This document shows positions 62,991 through 64,000 of a stretch of DNA of 64,000 nt, piece after piece. The stretch spans positions 128,001-192,000 of the forward strand of contig CBDEFO010000004.1 of assembly GCA_965237525.1 (NCBI GenBank), given 5' to 3'. A model generated the notes under the pieces. That model was not told where the DNA came from, made no database searches, and saw only the letters and a list, made by a program, of their open reading frames with translations. Both the position numbers and the translations under genes were made by a program. How positions within the stretch are numbered: the first letter of the stretch is position 1; each line of letters opens with the position of its first letter. The stretch comes from Candidatus Latescibacterota bacterium (GTDB lineage Bacteria > Latescibacterota > CBDEFO01).

Positions 62991-63686
62991 ATGGCCGACG
63001 AGCAAAAGCGACAATTTGTAAATTTTTCCTTCTACAAAGTAGATAGGTCATGGAGAACGTTACCTTCTGACGAAAAGCAAGAAGGAAAAAGAGACTTAAT
63101 GGCCGTTGTGGAGGATTTCTCATCAGATGTTAAATGTTTGAGCTATTCTACTGTGGGCATGCGACCCGATGCCGATCTTATGCTGTGGCGGATATCATAT
63201 TCTCTGGAGTCGTTTCAAGAGATGACGACAAAACTCCTGTCAACCGGCTTGGGGAAATATCTAGACACTACATATTCGTTTCTATCTATGACCAAAAGAT
63301 CGACCTACGTGGATAAACACACCCACGAAGGACAGGAAGGTGTGAGGTTGACTTTAACTCTAGGCGAGGGGAAATATCTCTTCGTGTATCCATTTGTCAA
63401 GACCAGAGAATGGTATCTCCTGACTAAGCCGACACGCCAGGGCATAATGAACGAACATATACAAATAGGTCACAAGTATCCGTCTGTGCTACTGAACACC
63501 ACCTATTCGTTCGGTCTGGACGATCAGGAGTTCGTAGTAGCGTTTGAGACTAACAAACCCGAGAATTTTCTCGACCTCGTGATGGAACTTCGAGAGACAG
63601 AATCGAGCAGATACACAGAAAGGGATACTCCCATATTCACCTGTATTGCCCGTGATCTTGAAGGTGCGATCGATGCTTTAGGGTGA
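62991..63686 (+). CDS. Chlorite dismutase family / coproheme decarboxylase (ChdC/HemQ-like)
   Basis: VYPFVK..EWY, M.EH..G and YSFGLDDQEF motifs. Confidence 0.88.
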   Translation: MADEQKRQFVNFSFYKVDRSWRTLPSDEKQEGKRDLMAVVEDFSSDVKCLSYSTVGMRPDADLMLWRISYSLESFQEMTTKLLSTGLGKYLDTTYSFLSMTKRSTYVDKHTHEGQEGVRLTLTLGEGKYLFVYPFVKTREWYLLTKPTRQGIMNEHIQIGHKYPSVLLNTTYSFGLDDQEFVVAFETNKPENFLDLVMELRETESSRYTERDTPIFTCIARDLEGAIDALG

Positions 63687-63693
63687 TATAATA

Positions 63694-64000
63694 ATGATAT
63701 TCCAGACCCTACTAAGATTCTTCCGACGGCTGAGAAGATTAAGATACAAACGTGTGATCGTCTTCGGGGCTGTCCTCCTGATCTTGGGCACCTTCGGGAT
63801 ACTCTACTTTGAAAAGGGGGAAAACGATCAGTTCTCGGACTATAAGGACGCCGTCTGGTGGCTCTTTGTGACGATGACCACAGTCGGCTATGGAGATAAG
63901 TTCCCCGTGACTTTAGGAGGAAGGATCACAGCCGGAGTCGTAATGATCATCGGCATCGGGCTTTTGGGAGTGCTTATCTCTGTGATTACGGAAAATCTCT
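63694..64000 (+). CDS. Potassium channel protein (partial, runs off the window)
   Basis: WW.FVTMTTVGYGD selectivity filter. Confidence 0.92.
   Translation, partial: MIFQTLLRFFRRLRRLRYKRVIVFGAVLLILGTFGILYFEKGENDQFSDYKDAVWWLFVTMTTVGYGDKFPVTLGGRITAGVVMIIGIGLLGVLISVITENL

Overview
Bacterial chromosomal window. The host is most plausibly an FCB-related candidate lineage such as Latescibacterota; this is an inference from an FlgD-Ig-type C-terminal sorting tail and the BatC-like, Minf_1886-like and DUF4292-like genes. 1-13.2 kb is an accessory catabolic region: two amidohydrolase-fold genes plus a Rieske protein, an apiosidase-like gene, an Ldh_2 dehydrogenase, DoeA/EutA-like genes and several decayed genes. 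About 13.4-20.0 kb is a decayed integrative element at the 3' end of tRNA-Arg(CCG). It has 11-bp-periodic AGTAGAA repeats at both ends, a pseudogenised tyrosine integrase, an intact IS1182-family element with TTAA target duplication and a structured RNA leader. 20-45 kb is mostly housekeeping/metabolic (apgM, cysK, split UxaA family, radical SAM, ltaE, larC, pdxST). 45.9-59.5 kb interleaves defence-like cargo with a dipeptide ABC operon: an IS1595-family element whose TIRs enclose a fused restriction-modification gene, a HEPN-MNT pair, a dCTP-deaminase + GNAT-ASCH cassette inside the dpp operon, and a SNF2 helicase. The most notable signals are (i) a 21-bp palindromic mini-element (CCCCGATTGAATCTATCGGGG) in 12 copies, 5 of them translated inside genes in different frames, and (ii) the DCD/GNAT-ASCH cassette. 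Many single-base frameshifts may be long-read errors rather than true pseudogenes. All family calls come from motif recognition by eye, not database searches.
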